From contig CAVSHR010000004.1 of the NCBI GenBank assembly GCA_963727625.1, positions 608,001 through 672,000 of the forward strand: a DNA stretch of 64,000 bases, written 5' to 3'. The notes beneath the pieces are model-generated. The model ran no database searches and was not told where the DNA came from. It saw only the letters and a program-made list of their open reading frames with translations. The position numbers were made by a program, and so were the translations under genes. Each line of letters starts with the position of its first letter. The stretch's first letter is position 1. Source of the stretch: an uncultured delta proteobacterium (GTDB lineage Bacteria; Desulfobacterota; Binatia; UBA9968). Positions 17,895 to 27,442 of the stretch are shown piece after piece.

Positions 17895-19196
17895 GTGACC
17901 AACAAACCCGCATATGACCCGACCGACCCCCGCTATTACAACGAAAAAGATCTCCGCTCCGAGGTCGAGCGAATCTTCGGCCTATGCGCCGACTGCCGCA
18001 TGTGCGTCAAGTATTGCGGCAGCTTTCCGAAAATGTTCGACGCCATCGACAATTACTGCACCGAAGGCAAATACGCCGAGGTCGACACTAAGAAATTAAA
18101 AACCGAAGACCTCGACAAAGTCGCCGACCTCTGCTTTCAATGCAAGCTTTGCTACATCAAGTGCCCCTACACACCGGGGGATCACGAGTGGGCAATCGAT
18201 TTTCCGCGTTTAATCGCGCGCGCCAAAGCGCAGAAAGTAAGAAAGAACGGTTCGCCGCCGCTCGACAAGCTGCTCGGCAATCCCGACCTGGTCGGCAAAC
18301 TGGGGACGGCAACTGCGCCACTGGCAAATTGGGGCAACGAAAATAGCTTTAACCGCCAGCTCATGCATACCGTGGTGGGAATTCACAAGGACAAGAAACT
18401 CCCGCCCTTCGCGTCAAAAACCTTCGCCCGGCAATTTGCCCGGCACCGCAAAACGCCCGAAGGCGAGCCTGCGGCGAGGATCGCCTTCTATTCGACCTGC
18501 TACGTCAACTACAACCAGCCGGAGATAGGGGTGGATACTCTGTCTGTCATGGCGCACAACAACGTCGACGTCGTCTTTGCGTACGAGCGCTGCTGCGGCA
18601 TGCCGCTTTGGCATAACGGTGACATGGACAGCGCGATTGCGGCGGCGAAAGCCAACCTCGCGGGCCTGATCCGCCATGTGGACGACGGCCGCCAGATCAT
18701 TGCCACCAACCCGACCTGTTCGCAGATGATCCGCGTCGAATATCCTCGACTGTTGGGCACCGAGGACGCGAAGAAAGTCGCGGCCCAGACCCTGGACCCG
18801 ATGCAATTTCTGGCTAAACTAGCGGGTGAAGGGAAACTCAAGAAAGATTTCAAATCCAGCGCCGGCGAGCTTAGCTATCACATGCCCTGCCATCTGCGCG
18901 CGCAGAATATCGGCTACAAAACTCGCGATGTCCTCTCCCTCTTACCGGACACCAAGGTCAAAGTGGTCGAAGAATGTTCCGGACACGACGGCACCTGGGC
19001 CATGAAGAAAGAAAATTTCGAGCAATCGCTAAAGTACGGTGGGCGGGCTTTCGCCCAAATGGCCGAGGGCGATCCTAGGGTTACTTGCTCCGATTGCCCG
19101 CTGGCGGCGATCCAGATCGAGCAAGCCAACGGGCGCCAGCCGCTCAATCCGATGCAGATCCTTGCCAAGAGTTACCGCGGTGAAGCGATTGGCTAG
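17895..19196 (+). CDS. GlpC/HdrD-like Fe-S oxidoreductase (two 4Fe-4S plus CCG domains)
   Basis: CADCRMCVKYC, CFQCKLCYIKC, RCCGMP, HMPCH, CSGHDG and SDCP. RBS ggagg precedes GTG 17895. Confidence 0.9.
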   Translation: MTNKPAYDPTDPRYYNEKDLRSEVERIFGLCADCRMCVKYCGSFPKMFDAIDNYCTEGKYAEVDTKKLKTEDLDKVADLCFQCKLCYIKCPYTPGDHEWAIDFPRLIARAKAQKVRKNGSPPLDKLLGNPDLVGKLGTATAPLANWGNENSFNRQLMHTVVGIHKDKKLPPFASKTFARQFARHRKTPEGEPAARIAFYSTCYVNYNQPEIGVDTLSVMAHNNVDVVFAYERCCGMPLWHNGDMDSAIAAAKANLAGLIRHVDDGRQIIATNPTCSQMIRVEYPRLLGTEDAKKVAAQTLDPMQFLAKLAGEGKLKKDFKSSAGELSYHMPCHLRAQNIGYKTRDVLSLLPDTKVKVVEECSGHDGTWAMKKENFEQSLKYGGRAFAQMAEGDPRVTCSDCPLAAIQIEQANGRQPLNPMQILAKSYRGEAIG

Positions 19197-19210
19197 CGTC
19201 GGTCAATCGT

Positions 19211-19954
19211 TCACGCCGCTCGGGGATCGCAACCGCGCCGGTCGCGTGCCAGACCGCAGGCAAGGGCGACCTCGTCGCGATAATCGATCCAATAATCCAA
19301 CGCTTCTTTCATGGTTCGCACGACTGCGCCCCGTCGCAACGGCACCACATGATCGACGACGTCCCTCCATGCCGCGGCGCGATGGTGCCCCTCCACCTCG
19401 CGATGCGCCTTGGTCAGAGCCAACTTGTCGAGCGGTAAACCGTAGTATTTGACCAGTGGATGTTCTACCAGTGGCATCTCGTTCTGATTTTCCGGCGCCA
19501 AGGCGGTCCGCTCGTCGGACGAGCCCTCGACAAAAATGGTCACGATTGCCACCGCGATATCCCAGCCGTAATGTTGGGTCGCTTCGTCGAGAAAATGGCG
19601 GTAGCGCTTGGCCGCCGGCAGCAATTGGATATGCTCGAAGCGTTCGAGATCCATGCCCAAGCCGCGCGGATATTCCAGAAACAATTGCGGATGAGGGCTG
19701 CCCGCAACCAATCGTCCGGTTTCTTCTTCGTACAAATTTTCCGCTAAACTTCTCCTAATCGCCGCGACCGGACAACGCACAAAGGCTCTGCCGACCAACA
19801 CCGGAAAGTCGCGGACGTAGGTTTCGTATTCCTGTTCAAAATGAATATGCAGGCGCTCTCCGGGCACCAACCCAGAGGTGAACATCGGCCAGGCCCAGTG
19901 TTTCTTCTGCTCCATAACGCCGAGCATTTGTTCGCGAAAAATTTCCCTATCCAT
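19211..19954 (-). CDS. Heme-oxygenase-like diiron protein (CADD/PqqC/TenA superfamily)
   Basis: ENLYEEE...HPQLF, FVEG and H-x3-E-x2-H (HREVEGHH). Confidence 0.82.
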   Translation of the reverse strand: MDREIFREQMLGVMEQKKHWAWPMFTSGLVPGERLHIHFEQEYETYVRDFPVLVGRAFVRCPVAAIRRSLAENLYEEETGRLVAGSPHPQLFLEYPRGLGMDLERFEHIQLLPAAKRYRHFLDEATQHYGWDIAVAIVTIFVEGSSDERTALAPENQNEMPLVEHPLVKYYGLPLDKLALTKAHREVEGHHRAAAWRDVVDHVVPLRRGAVVRTMKEALDYWIDYRDEVALACGLARDRRGCDPRAA

Positions 19955-19997
19955 GAACGTCCCTTTCTCTAAGGCGATTGATTCATTGATTTAGAAA

Positions 19998-20012
19998 GCA
20001 ACGAATATGCCA
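19998..20012 (-). promoter_or_regulatory. Sigma54 (-24/-12) promoter
   Basis: Minus strand reads TTTGGCAT-ATTCG-TTGCT, 44 nt upstream of ATG 19954. Confidence 0.7.
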
Positions 20013-20366
20013 AACTCTAAAAGCGCGAACTTATAAGAATTGAGCCATGAAGGGCTAAAGGCAGAGTGGTCGGTCCTCCGGATGATCGGTGAAAATCGGG
20101 CTGCTTTGCCGCCGCTTCACCAAGGGAATCTAGATCGCTGAAGAACTTGGTAATGGTGCAGCGGCAAGGGCACGGATCCGGCCAGACACAACCTGCGAAT
20201 CGGCCGGCAGCAGTCGGTGCTGGCTTGACAACCCTATTGTCTAACGTGACGCAACGACGTGACCTTCGCCATGCCGGCAGCGTGCCCCTCGCTACAAGCG
20301 GGCTTGAGTCGCGGATGTGAGATCGGGCGAATGATTCTCTGCGCTTTATCTCGACGGTGAATTTTC

Positions 20367-21719
20367 CTAGGCCACTTTTGTCCGCATGGTGACGAACTCT
20401 TCCGCCGCGGTCGGGTGAATACCGATGGTAGCGTCGAACTGCGCTTTGGTGGCACCGCAATTAAGCGCCACTGCGAGTCCCTGGATGATCTCGCCGGCGT
20501 CGGGACCCACCATGTGGCAGCCAAGGACCCGATCGCTGGACTGATCGACGACTAACTTCATCATCGTGCGTTCATCGCGGCCGCTGAGCATATGTTTGAG
20601 TGGCCGGAAGGAAGACTTGTAGATATCGACTTTGAAGTTGCCCTGTCGGGCTTCTTGTTCCGTCAGACCGACCGTGCCGCAATTGGGCGTGCTGAATATC
20701 GCCGTCGGCACGTTGAGATAACTGGGCCGCAGCGGCTTGTTGTTGAACAAAGTGTTTGCCACCGCCATCCCTTCTGCGATGGCAACGGGGGTGAGCATCA
20801 TCCGATCGGTGCAGTCGCCGATGGCGTAAATACTGTCCACGCTGGATCTCAGATACTCGTCCACGACCACGGCGCCGTTGGCCTTGAGCGTGACGCCGGC
20901 TCGCTCCAGCCCCAGGTCGCCGGTCTTAGGCTCACGTCCAGTCGCGTAAAGGATCTGTTTGGCTTCGATGACGCTGCCATCCGTCAAGGTCGCCTTGAGC
21001 AAGTCGCCGACCTTATCGATTCGCCGAATATCGACTCTAAATCGCAAATCGACGCCGCGCTTGCGCATCTCGTCTGCCAGCGTCAAGCGAATATCGTCGT
21101 CGAAACCGCGCAAGAAGAGTTCACCGCGGTAGAGCTCGGTGGTTTGCGCGCCCAGTCCATGGAAAATACCGGCGAACTCGACGCCGATGTAACCGCCGCC
21201 GACAATGATCACCTTTACCGGCAGCGATGGCCAATAGAAAGCCTCGTTGGAAGTCACCGCGTGCTCTGCGCCGGGGATGTTCGGCACCATTGGCCAGCCG
21301 CCCACCGCGATGAGAATATATTTTGCCGTGACTTTTTTTCCGTCCACGGCGACGGTATGCGGGTCGATGACTTCGGCGTGCGCTTCAAGAATCGCCACCC
21401 CCGAGTCGCCGAGCAACTTACGATAGACGCCGTTGAGCCGGCTGATTTCTTTGTTCTTGTTGGCAATTAATGTCGCCCAATCGAAGCGCCGTTCCCCGAC
21501 GGACCAGCCGAATCCGGCGGCATCGGCAAAATCCTCGCTGTAGTGGGAAGCGTAGACTAAAAGTTTTTTTGGAATGCAGCCGACGTTCACGCAGGTACCG
21601 CCGAGATACCGCTCTTCGGCCACCGCCACCTTAGCTCCGAATGCCGCCGACACCCGGCTGGCACGCACGCCGCCGGAGCCGGCGCCAATGGTGAAGAGAT
21701 CGTAATCAAAATGGGCCAT
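20367..21719 (-). CDS. gor: Glutathione-disulfide reductase
   Basis: [41 protein letters not shown] and [11 protein letters not shown]. Confidence 0.95.
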   Translation of the reverse strand: MAHFDYDLFTIGAGSGGVRASRVSAAFGAKVAVAEERYLGGTCVNVGCIPKKLLVYASHYSEDFADAAGFGWSVGERRFDWATLIANKNKEISRLNGVYRKLLGDSGVAILEAHAEVIDPHTVAVDGKKVTAKYILIAVGGWPMVPNIPGAEHAVTSNEAFYWPSLPVKVIIVGGGYIGVEFAGIFHGLGAQTTELYRGELFLRGFDDDIRLTLADEMRKRGVDLRFRVDIRRIDKVGDLLKATLTDGSVIEAKQILYATGREPKTGDLGLERAGVTLKANGAVVVDEYLRSSVDSIYAIGDCTDRMMLTPVAIAEGMAVANTLFNNKPLRPSYLNVPTAIFSTPNCGTVGLTEQEARQGNFKVDIYKSSFRPLKHMLSGRDERTMMKLVVDQSSDRVLGCHMVGPDAGEIIQGLAVALNCGATKAQFDATIGIHPTAAEEFVTMRTKVA

Positions 21720-21861
21720 AGAGAATCGCCTTTTACCCTTAAAAGCTTGTTGGGCATAAAAAGTAGCATCCGCGAAGGTAAAAGTCTCGCGCCGCCTTTG
21801 ACAGACTCGGTGTATTTATGAACAATGGCGAAATTTCCGTCCGTTAGAGAATAGCATCGCC

Positions 21862-23112
21862 ATGCCACAAGCCGCTGTTGAAACCGTCTCGGGGAGCGAA
21901 CGTCTGCGCCAAGCGCTGAGCGCATTGCGCCACCGCAATTACCGGCTTTACTGGTTCGGCCAGCTGTCTTCAGTGTTAGCGCAGAACATGGAAGGCGTGG
22001 CACAAAGCTGGCTCGTGCTCGAGCTCACCGATTCGCCGTTGCTGCTCGGCTTGACCGGTTTGACTTTTGCCACGCCGACCATCGCGTTGACCCTTCTCGG
22101 CGGCGTGATCGCCGACCGGGCCGACCGCCGGCGCATCATGATTCTTTCTCAAAGCGCCTCCGCTTCGATGTTTCTCATGCTCGCGACTTTGATCGTCACC
22201 GAATGGGTCGCGCTCTGGCATGTGATGGCCTTGGCCTTCGTCTCCGGCTGCGTGCGCGCCTTCGATCGGCCGAGCCGTATGGCGCTCTTACCGCAGATGG
22301 TGTCCAAAGAAGATATTCCGAATGCTGTCGCGGTGGGTGGCACGATCTGGCAATTGAATCGCCTCGTCGGTCCCGCCGTCGCCGGCATGCTGATTTATTT
22401 GATCGGCATTGGACCGACCTATTATTTTTGTTTCGCCGCTTCGCTCAGCGCAGTAACTCTCTGGCTGGGTATCCGCCTGACCGCGGCGCCGTCCGCGACT
22501 TCGACCGGCGGCATCGTGCGCCATATGGCCGAAGGGCTCAACTTCATTCGCAAGAATGAAATTTACAACACCTTTATCGGCATGATCTTTTTCAACAGCG
22601 TGTTCGGGATGTCCTATCTGATCTTAATGCCGGTATTCGCGCGCAACGTACTCGACGTCGGCTCTCAAGGATTCGGCTTTCTGCAGAGCGCGGGCGGTGC
22701 CGGTGCGCTCATCGGCGTGCTCGCAGTGGCGTGGTTCTCTCACTCGCGGGCCAAGGGCCGCCAGGCGGTCTTTGGCGCCACGGCCTTCGGCATGTTGCTG
22801 ATCGCCTTCGCGCTGTCCAATTCCTACCAACTGTCTTTATTTCTCGCCCTTGCGCTCGGCGCCGCCAGTCAATTCTACATGACGACAATCAGCACCGTCT
22901 TACAGGTCAATCTGCCCAATCAACTGCGCGGCCGCGTCATGGGCATCTACGGTCTCGCTTGGGAACTCATGCCGGTAGGCGGTTTGATAGCAGGGGCCAT
23001 CGCGGAGTTCGCCGGCGCCCCGGTCGCGGTCGGCTTCGGCGGCTTCATGGTCGCGGCCATGGCGATAATCGTCGTATTGTATCGCCCGGCCATTCGCAGC
23101 TTGGAACAATAG
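21862..23112 (+). CDS. MFS transporter
   Basis: LRHRNYRLYW, GGVIADRADRRR, about 12 TMs and LRGRVMG. Confidence 0.92.
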   Translation: MPQAAVETVSGSERLRQALSALRHRNYRLYWFGQLSSVLAQNMEGVAQSWLVLELTDSPLLLGLTGLTFATPTIALTLLGGVIADRADRRRIMILSQSASASMFLMLATLIVTEWVALWHVMALAFVSGCVRAFDRPSRMALLPQMVSKEDIPNAVAVGGTIWQLNRLVGPAVAGMLIYLIGIGPTYYFCFAASLSAVTLWLGIRLTAAPSATSTGGIVRHMAEGLNFIRKNEIYNTFIGMIFFNSVFGMSYLILMPVFARNVLDVGSQGFGFLQSAGGAGALIGVLAVAWFSHSRAKGRQAVFGATAFGMLLIAFALSNSYQLSLFLALALGAASQFYMTTISTVLQVNLPNQLRGRVMGIYGLAWELMPVGGLIAGAIAEFAGAPVAVGFGGFMVAAMAIIVVLYRPAIRSLEQ

Positions 23113-23151
23113 AGCATCCTGTGTTAGACCAAAATCTCGACTGATAAACCG

Positions 23152-24144
23152 ATGGCCGAGAAAAAAGCCAAGAAGAAAGCAGGCCCGCCACGCAAGCGCC
23201 GTAAACTTGCCGGCCATGCCACCGGCCTAACGGCGAAAGAGCTGCCAACAACTTCGCCGCCGAGCGACATTGAAGAGTTAAAAGACGCGATTGAAACGGA
23301 CGGCGGCAAGATTCTGGCAAGCTACCGTGAACCGTTCGGCGGCCATTGGCTGGTGCTGGCCGGGCTGCCCATCGATCAGGTCGAGCCGACTCCCTATCAG
23401 CGCAATCTTTCCGACGCCCATGTACGCAAGCTCGAAGTCGTCATCGCCAAGCTTGGCCGCTTTCTCGATCCCATAATCGTCGTCCGCAAGGAAAGAAAAG
23501 ATAGCGTCACGCGTTACTGGACGCCCAATGGCAATCACCGTTTGTCCGCCATGAAAACCCTCGGCGCCAGAAGTATCGTAGGTCTGGTCGTGCCGGAAAC
23601 GGCCACCGCCTATCAAATTCTCGCGCTCAACACGGAAAAGGCGCACAACCTGCGCGAACGCGCTCTCGAAGTGATTAAAATGTACCAGGAGCTGACGACG
23701 TTCGACGACGCCACTGAAGAAACTTATGCGCTGGAGTTCGAAGAGGCCGCCTTGATCACCCTGGGCCTCTGCTACCTGGAATACGGCCGCTTCAGCGGCG
23801 GCGCCTACCATCCGATTCTCAGACGGTCCGACCAATTTATTAAAAAGCCGCTCAGAGGAGCCCTCGTAATTCGCCAGGAACGCGCCAAGAGGCTGATGAA
23901 TCTCGATAAAACCGTCGTCGCCAAAGTCGATGCGCTCAAGGCCAAAGGCCTGACGAGCCCCTATTTGAAAAGTTTCGTCGTCGCGCGCATCAATCCGACC
24001 CGCTTCCGTCCCAAAGACGCCGCGCCGCTTAGTTTCGACGAGGTGATGGATCGTATGACCACAGCGGCCGACAAAATGAATGTCGAAAAAATTAGGGTGG
24101 AAGATTTGGCAAAATCAGGCGGCGCGCCAGAGGAAGCGGCTTAG
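23152..24144 (+). CDS. ParB/Srx N-terminal domain protein (orphan)
   Basis: IDQVEPTPYQR, FLDPIIV, YWTPNGNHRL and ALNTEK. Basic N-terminus. No parA nearby. Confidence 0.78.
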   Translation: MAEKKAKKKAGPPRKRRKLAGHATGLTAKELPTTSPPSDIEELKDAIETDGGKILASYREPFGGHWLVLAGLPIDQVEPTPYQRNLSDAHVRKLEVVIAKLGRFLDPIIVVRKERKDSVTRYWTPNGNHRLSAMKTLGARSIVGLVVPETATAYQILALNTEKAHNLRERALEVIKMYQELTTFDDATEETYALEFEEAALITLGLCYLEYGRFSGGAYHPILRRSDQFIKKPLRGALVIRQERAKRLMNLDKTVVAKVDALKAKGLTSPYLKSFVVARINPTRFRPKDAAPLSFDEVMDRMTTAADKMNVEKIRVEDLAKSGGAPEEAA

Positions 24145-24248
24145 TCGACCGGGTTTGCTTTTTTAAAGACCCTTTTGCGGCAAAGTTCTAAAGCTCAGCC
24201 ACCGGTGCTCAAAACTGGAAACCCGCAACCGTTAGCCCGGCCAGCCCG

Positions 24249-25385
24249 CTACACCCGAGGATAGGTCGGCACCATCTCCGGCCGATAAGTCCATTGTTTG
24301 AGGGGCATTCCCGCCGCGAGATTTTTCAGCTCCCTTTCCCAAATCTTTCGTAGCAAAAACACGCCCCGATCGCTACGGCCGAGATGTTCGTTGCTGCGCA
24401 CCGCGATCGCGCCTTGGCCGGTTTGGGCAATTTCATCTTCCAGCATCACGAAGTCGATGCGCTTGGGGTCCACCTCGCTCAGATGGAGCTTGCCCGCGAG
24501 GATCGCTCGCACTAACTCGGGCCTCTCCGCTTCCGCCTTGACGCGCAGCTCGCGCCGCGCTTCAATCCAAGCCCGGCCGCGCTCGCCGGTCAGTGGGATC
24601 GCCCGCACCTCGAAGTGAATGTGATTTTCATCGTCCACCGGGACTTTGAAGACCATGACATCCGCGCGCTTGATCACCGAATCGACCACCTGGCCGTTGA
24701 TAAAATTGATGTTCGGCATGCCGAAGAAAAAAGTCAGGTCCTTGCCGTCGGGATATCTGACGTAGCGTTTAATGCCCCAGTCGGACTCCTCTACGGTAAT
24801 GATCGGGTCGCCGAGCACGACGTGATCGTCGGCCGTATCCCGGTGCCGCTGATGCACGAAGCGCACATGGGCGTTGTCGAGCGAGTTGTCAAGGTTGTTA
24901 AAGTAGTTGCAAATCCGCCTGAGCCCGGCCACGTCCAGCGAGATCTCGGCAACTTCGAATCTCGGATAGCGCGGAAGCGGCGGCGGCGCCCCTTCGCCCA
25001 GAAAGGCGAAGATCAGGCCGATGTCTTCCTTGACCGGATAACTGGGGATGCGAATTTTTTCGGCGAAGGACTGTCTCTCCGCCGGCTGTTCGACGCATTG
25101 CCCCGCTCCGTCATATTTCCAGCCATGGTAAAAGCATCGGATGCACTCGCCTTCCACCGTGCCCACCGAGAGCTGCGTGCCGCGGTGGGCGCAACGCGCC
25201 CCGATTAAATAAGGCGCGCCGCTGGCGCCGCGATAAAGCGTAAAATCTTCGCCGAGGATCCGGACGGGAAAGGGACGGCCGGCTAAGAGCTCATGCGAGC
25301 AAGCCACCGGCTGCCAGAACAGGCGCAGATAACGGCCGGCCAGAGTTTCCGGACCGGTGTGCACTATCTCGCTAAAATCCATCAT
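24249..25385 (-). CDS. Rieske non-heme iron oxygenase, phthalate 4,5-dioxygenase/VanA-like
   Basis: Rieske CAHRG...CFYHGW, mononuclear Fe D-x2-H-x4-H (DNAHVRFVH), ED..AQ..QG and EHLGRSD. Confidence 0.92.
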   Translation of the reverse strand: MMDFSEIVHTGPETLAGRYLRLFWQPVACSHELLAGRPFPVRILGEDFTLYRGASGAPYLIGARCAHRGTQLSVGTVEGECIRCFYHGWKYDGAGQCVEQPAERQSFAEKIRIPSYPVKEDIGLIFAFLGEGAPPPLPRYPRFEVAEISLDVAGLRRICNYFNNLDNSLDNAHVRFVHQRHRDTADDHVVLGDPIITVEESDWGIKRYVRYPDGKDLTFFFGMPNINFINGQVVDSVIKRADVMVFKVPVDDENHIHFEVRAIPLTGERGRAWIEARRELRVKAEAERPELVRAILAGKLHLSEVDPKRIDFVMLEDEIAQTGQGAIAVRSNEHLGRSDRGVFLLRKIWERELKNLAAGMPLKQWTYRPEMVPTYPRV

Positions 25386-25417
25386 TCACCTCTCACTCAT
25401 TTGGCAGCGAGTTTTTG

Positions 25418-26374
25418 CTAGGTGTCGAGCATGCTCGGATGAAACATCTCCTCCGGTTTGAATCTTCGAGAAACCAACCCCTGCCGCAATGCGTATTCGA
25501 GCATTTTGTCGACTTCCGGACGAGATTTGTTGAACCCCCAAACATAGGGATCGGCACCGGCAATGGCGCGCTCCTCTTCCCATAACGAGCGATACCACAA
25601 TCCGGTCATGTGAACGCGCTGGCGCTCGAGCCAGCGGTAACATTCCTGCTTCGATTCCTGCCAGGCGTCGAACATGCTCGCCGCCACCCAGGGATATTTT
25701 TCCAGCACTGCGGTCTTAATCAACAAGGTGTGCTGGATCGGAAAAAACCCGGTCTTCCTGAAATATTTTCTTTCCTCTTCGGTGTAGTTGGGCAGCAAGA
25801 AATCGATATCCGGGTGGCCGAAAGGCGCCCAGGTTTCCGTCGTAATACCGGCGTCTATTTGTCCCGCGATGAGCAAATCGTGCAGCTTGGCGCCCTGCGG
25901 CGCGACCTCCAGCTTGAGCCAGGGCGGCGCTTGCCAGCGGCCGATCTTTTCGTGCCAGTTAGCAACCCAAGTAATCGATTTGAGATCGACGCCGTATTCT
26001 TCTTCCAAGATCCCGCGGGCCCACAGCGCCGTGGTGGTAAACCAGGTCTGAACGCCAATCCGTTTGCCGTTGAGTTCTCTCGGCGCACGAATGCCGGCGC
26101 GCTTGTTGACGTAGATATACGAATGGCGAAACATGCGTTTGACGAAGATCGGGATCGCCGTGAAGCCAAGCGATTTTTGCTCCAGATCGGCCATGTAGAT
26201 GCCGGTGAAAAACTCGGCGATGTCGAATTTCCCGGCGCGCGCGTCGCGTTGCCGGCTGCGGTCATCGGAGTTGACGTCAATGGTCAGATCGATGTCGCGC
26301 GGCTTGACGCGCCCATCGATGAGCGCCTGGCTGCGGTCGTACAGCGCGCAAGTCATGCCGAGTTTCAACGCCAT
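25418..26374 (-). CDS. 4,5-dihydroxyphthalate decarboxylase-like protein (binding-protein fold)
   Basis: YDRSQALIDGRV, PIF..RMFRHS.IYV, TTALWARGILEEEYGV, TGFFPI.H and DPYVWG. Confidence 0.82.
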   Translation of the reverse strand: MALKLGMTCALYDRSQALIDGRVKPRDIDLTIDVNSDDRSRQRDARAGKFDIAEFFTGIYMADLEQKSLGFTAIPIFVKRMFRHSYIYVNKRAGIRAPRELNGKRIGVQTWFTTTALWARGILEEEYGVDLKSITWVANWHEKIGRWQAPPWLKLEVAPQGAKLHDLLIAGQIDAGITTETWAPFGHPDIDFLLPNYTEEERKYFRKTGFFPIQHTLLIKTAVLEKYPWVAASMFDAWQESKQECYRWLERQRVHMTGLWYRSLWEEERAIAGADPYVWGFNKSRPEVDKMLEYALRQGLVSRRFKPEEMFHPSMLDT

Positions 26375-26417
26375 CTTAATTTCGCATATCCCTTCGTGTT
26401 CTTAACCCCTGGCCAGC

Positions 26418-27404
26418 CTATGGCCCGGGTTTCCAGCCCTGCGCCTGGATCTCTGCAATCGCTCTTCGGGTTAAAGAAAAATCAAAGATTTTTGACATCG
26501 GCGGCGCTTCTTTGAGATTGAGTCGCCTAAGCACGTGCTCGACCGCTTTGTTTTGAGTCTCCAGACTAAGAGTTCCATCCTGAGTCATGGACGGCCGCAC
26601 CACTTGATCGTAGGCCTTAGCCGCCACGGCATCATTGACCCGAAGATAGCGGGCGACGATAGGAATCGTGCCGGCACGATTTTCCTTGATGTACCGAAAC
26701 CCCTTGTAGGTGCCGCGCAAGAACTTTTCAAGCTGCGCCGCGTCCGATTGCAGCGAAGCGTCTCTGACCAGCACGCTGCCTTGCAATTCAACCAGGTCCT
26801 GTTTCGGTAACGCCACCAACTCGCGGAAGCCCGCCTCCTCGGCTTTAAACGTGACCGGCGGCGAAAGCATCGCCGCATCGACGACGCCGTTCTGCAGGCC
26901 TGCAAAGATCGTCGGCATCACGCCGAGGCTCAACACGGTCACGTCGCGCTTGGGGTCGAGACCGTTTAGTCTCAGAATCTCCCGCATTAGGGAATCCGGA
27001 CCGCTGCCGATGCCGGAAACACCGACGCGCTTATTTTTAAGTCCTTTGACGTCGCGAATTTCGCGCCTTGCGTAGAGCCAAAACATGGCGCGATTGTAAC
27101 TGGTAAAAAGAAACTTAAACGGCGACCCACGCAACAATGGCAGCATACCCGAGCCACCCACGGTGGCGACGGTCACATCGCCGCCGAGCAGCGCGCGGGG
27201 GGCGATGGGTGCGCTCATGAGGATCATCTCGACGTCCAATCCCTCCGAGTGGTAGTACCCCTTGTCCCGGGCAATCGTGAAGGGCAGCACGGCTTGAGTC
27301 GTGCTCGGGATGGCGATTTTGATAACGTCAGCCTGCCCGCTCGACGGCGCACTGATGACGAAGAAAAATAAAAACGCTGCAATCAGTCCCATTTTGTCCC
27401 CCAT
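26418..27404 (-). CDS. NitT/TauT family ABC substrate-binding protein
   Basis: Signal peptide, ARDKGYY..EGLDVE, LKNKRVGVSGIGS and GVVDAAMLSPP. Confidence 0.88.
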   Translation of the reverse strand: MGDKMGLIAAFLFFFVISAPSSGQADVIKIAIPSTTQAVLPFTIARDKGYYHSEGLDVEMILMSAPIAPRALLGGDVTVATVGGSGMLPLLRGSPFKFLFTSYNRAMFWLYARREIRDVKGLKNKRVGVSGIGSGPDSLMREILRLNGLDPKRDVTVLSLGVMPTIFAGLQNGVVDAAMLSPPVTFKAEEAGFRELVALPKQDLVELQGSVLVRDASLQSDAAQLEKFLRGTYKGFRYIKENRAGTIPIVARYLRVNDAVAAKAYDQVVRPSMTQDGTLSLETQNKAVEHVLRRLNLKEAPPMSKIFDFSLTRRAIAEIQAQGWKPGP

Positions 27405-27442
27405 CTATGACGATTTCGAAATTTTCTCCGTAGTGAAAATTT

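Noticed and set aside
19211-19954. Calling this gene pqqC
   Set aside because: No pqqABDE genes are nearby, and the ligand set looks like a diiron site.
20017-20460. 147-aa ORF or a structured RNA between the diiron gene and gor
   Set aside because: It overlaps gor and has no recognisable motif, and I could not match it to any riboswitch or ncRNA. Treated as regulatory or unknown DNA.
23152-24144. Plasmid, prophage or defence-system ParB
   Set aside because: No parA, rep, integrase, phage or restriction genes are nearby; the context is ordinary chromosome.
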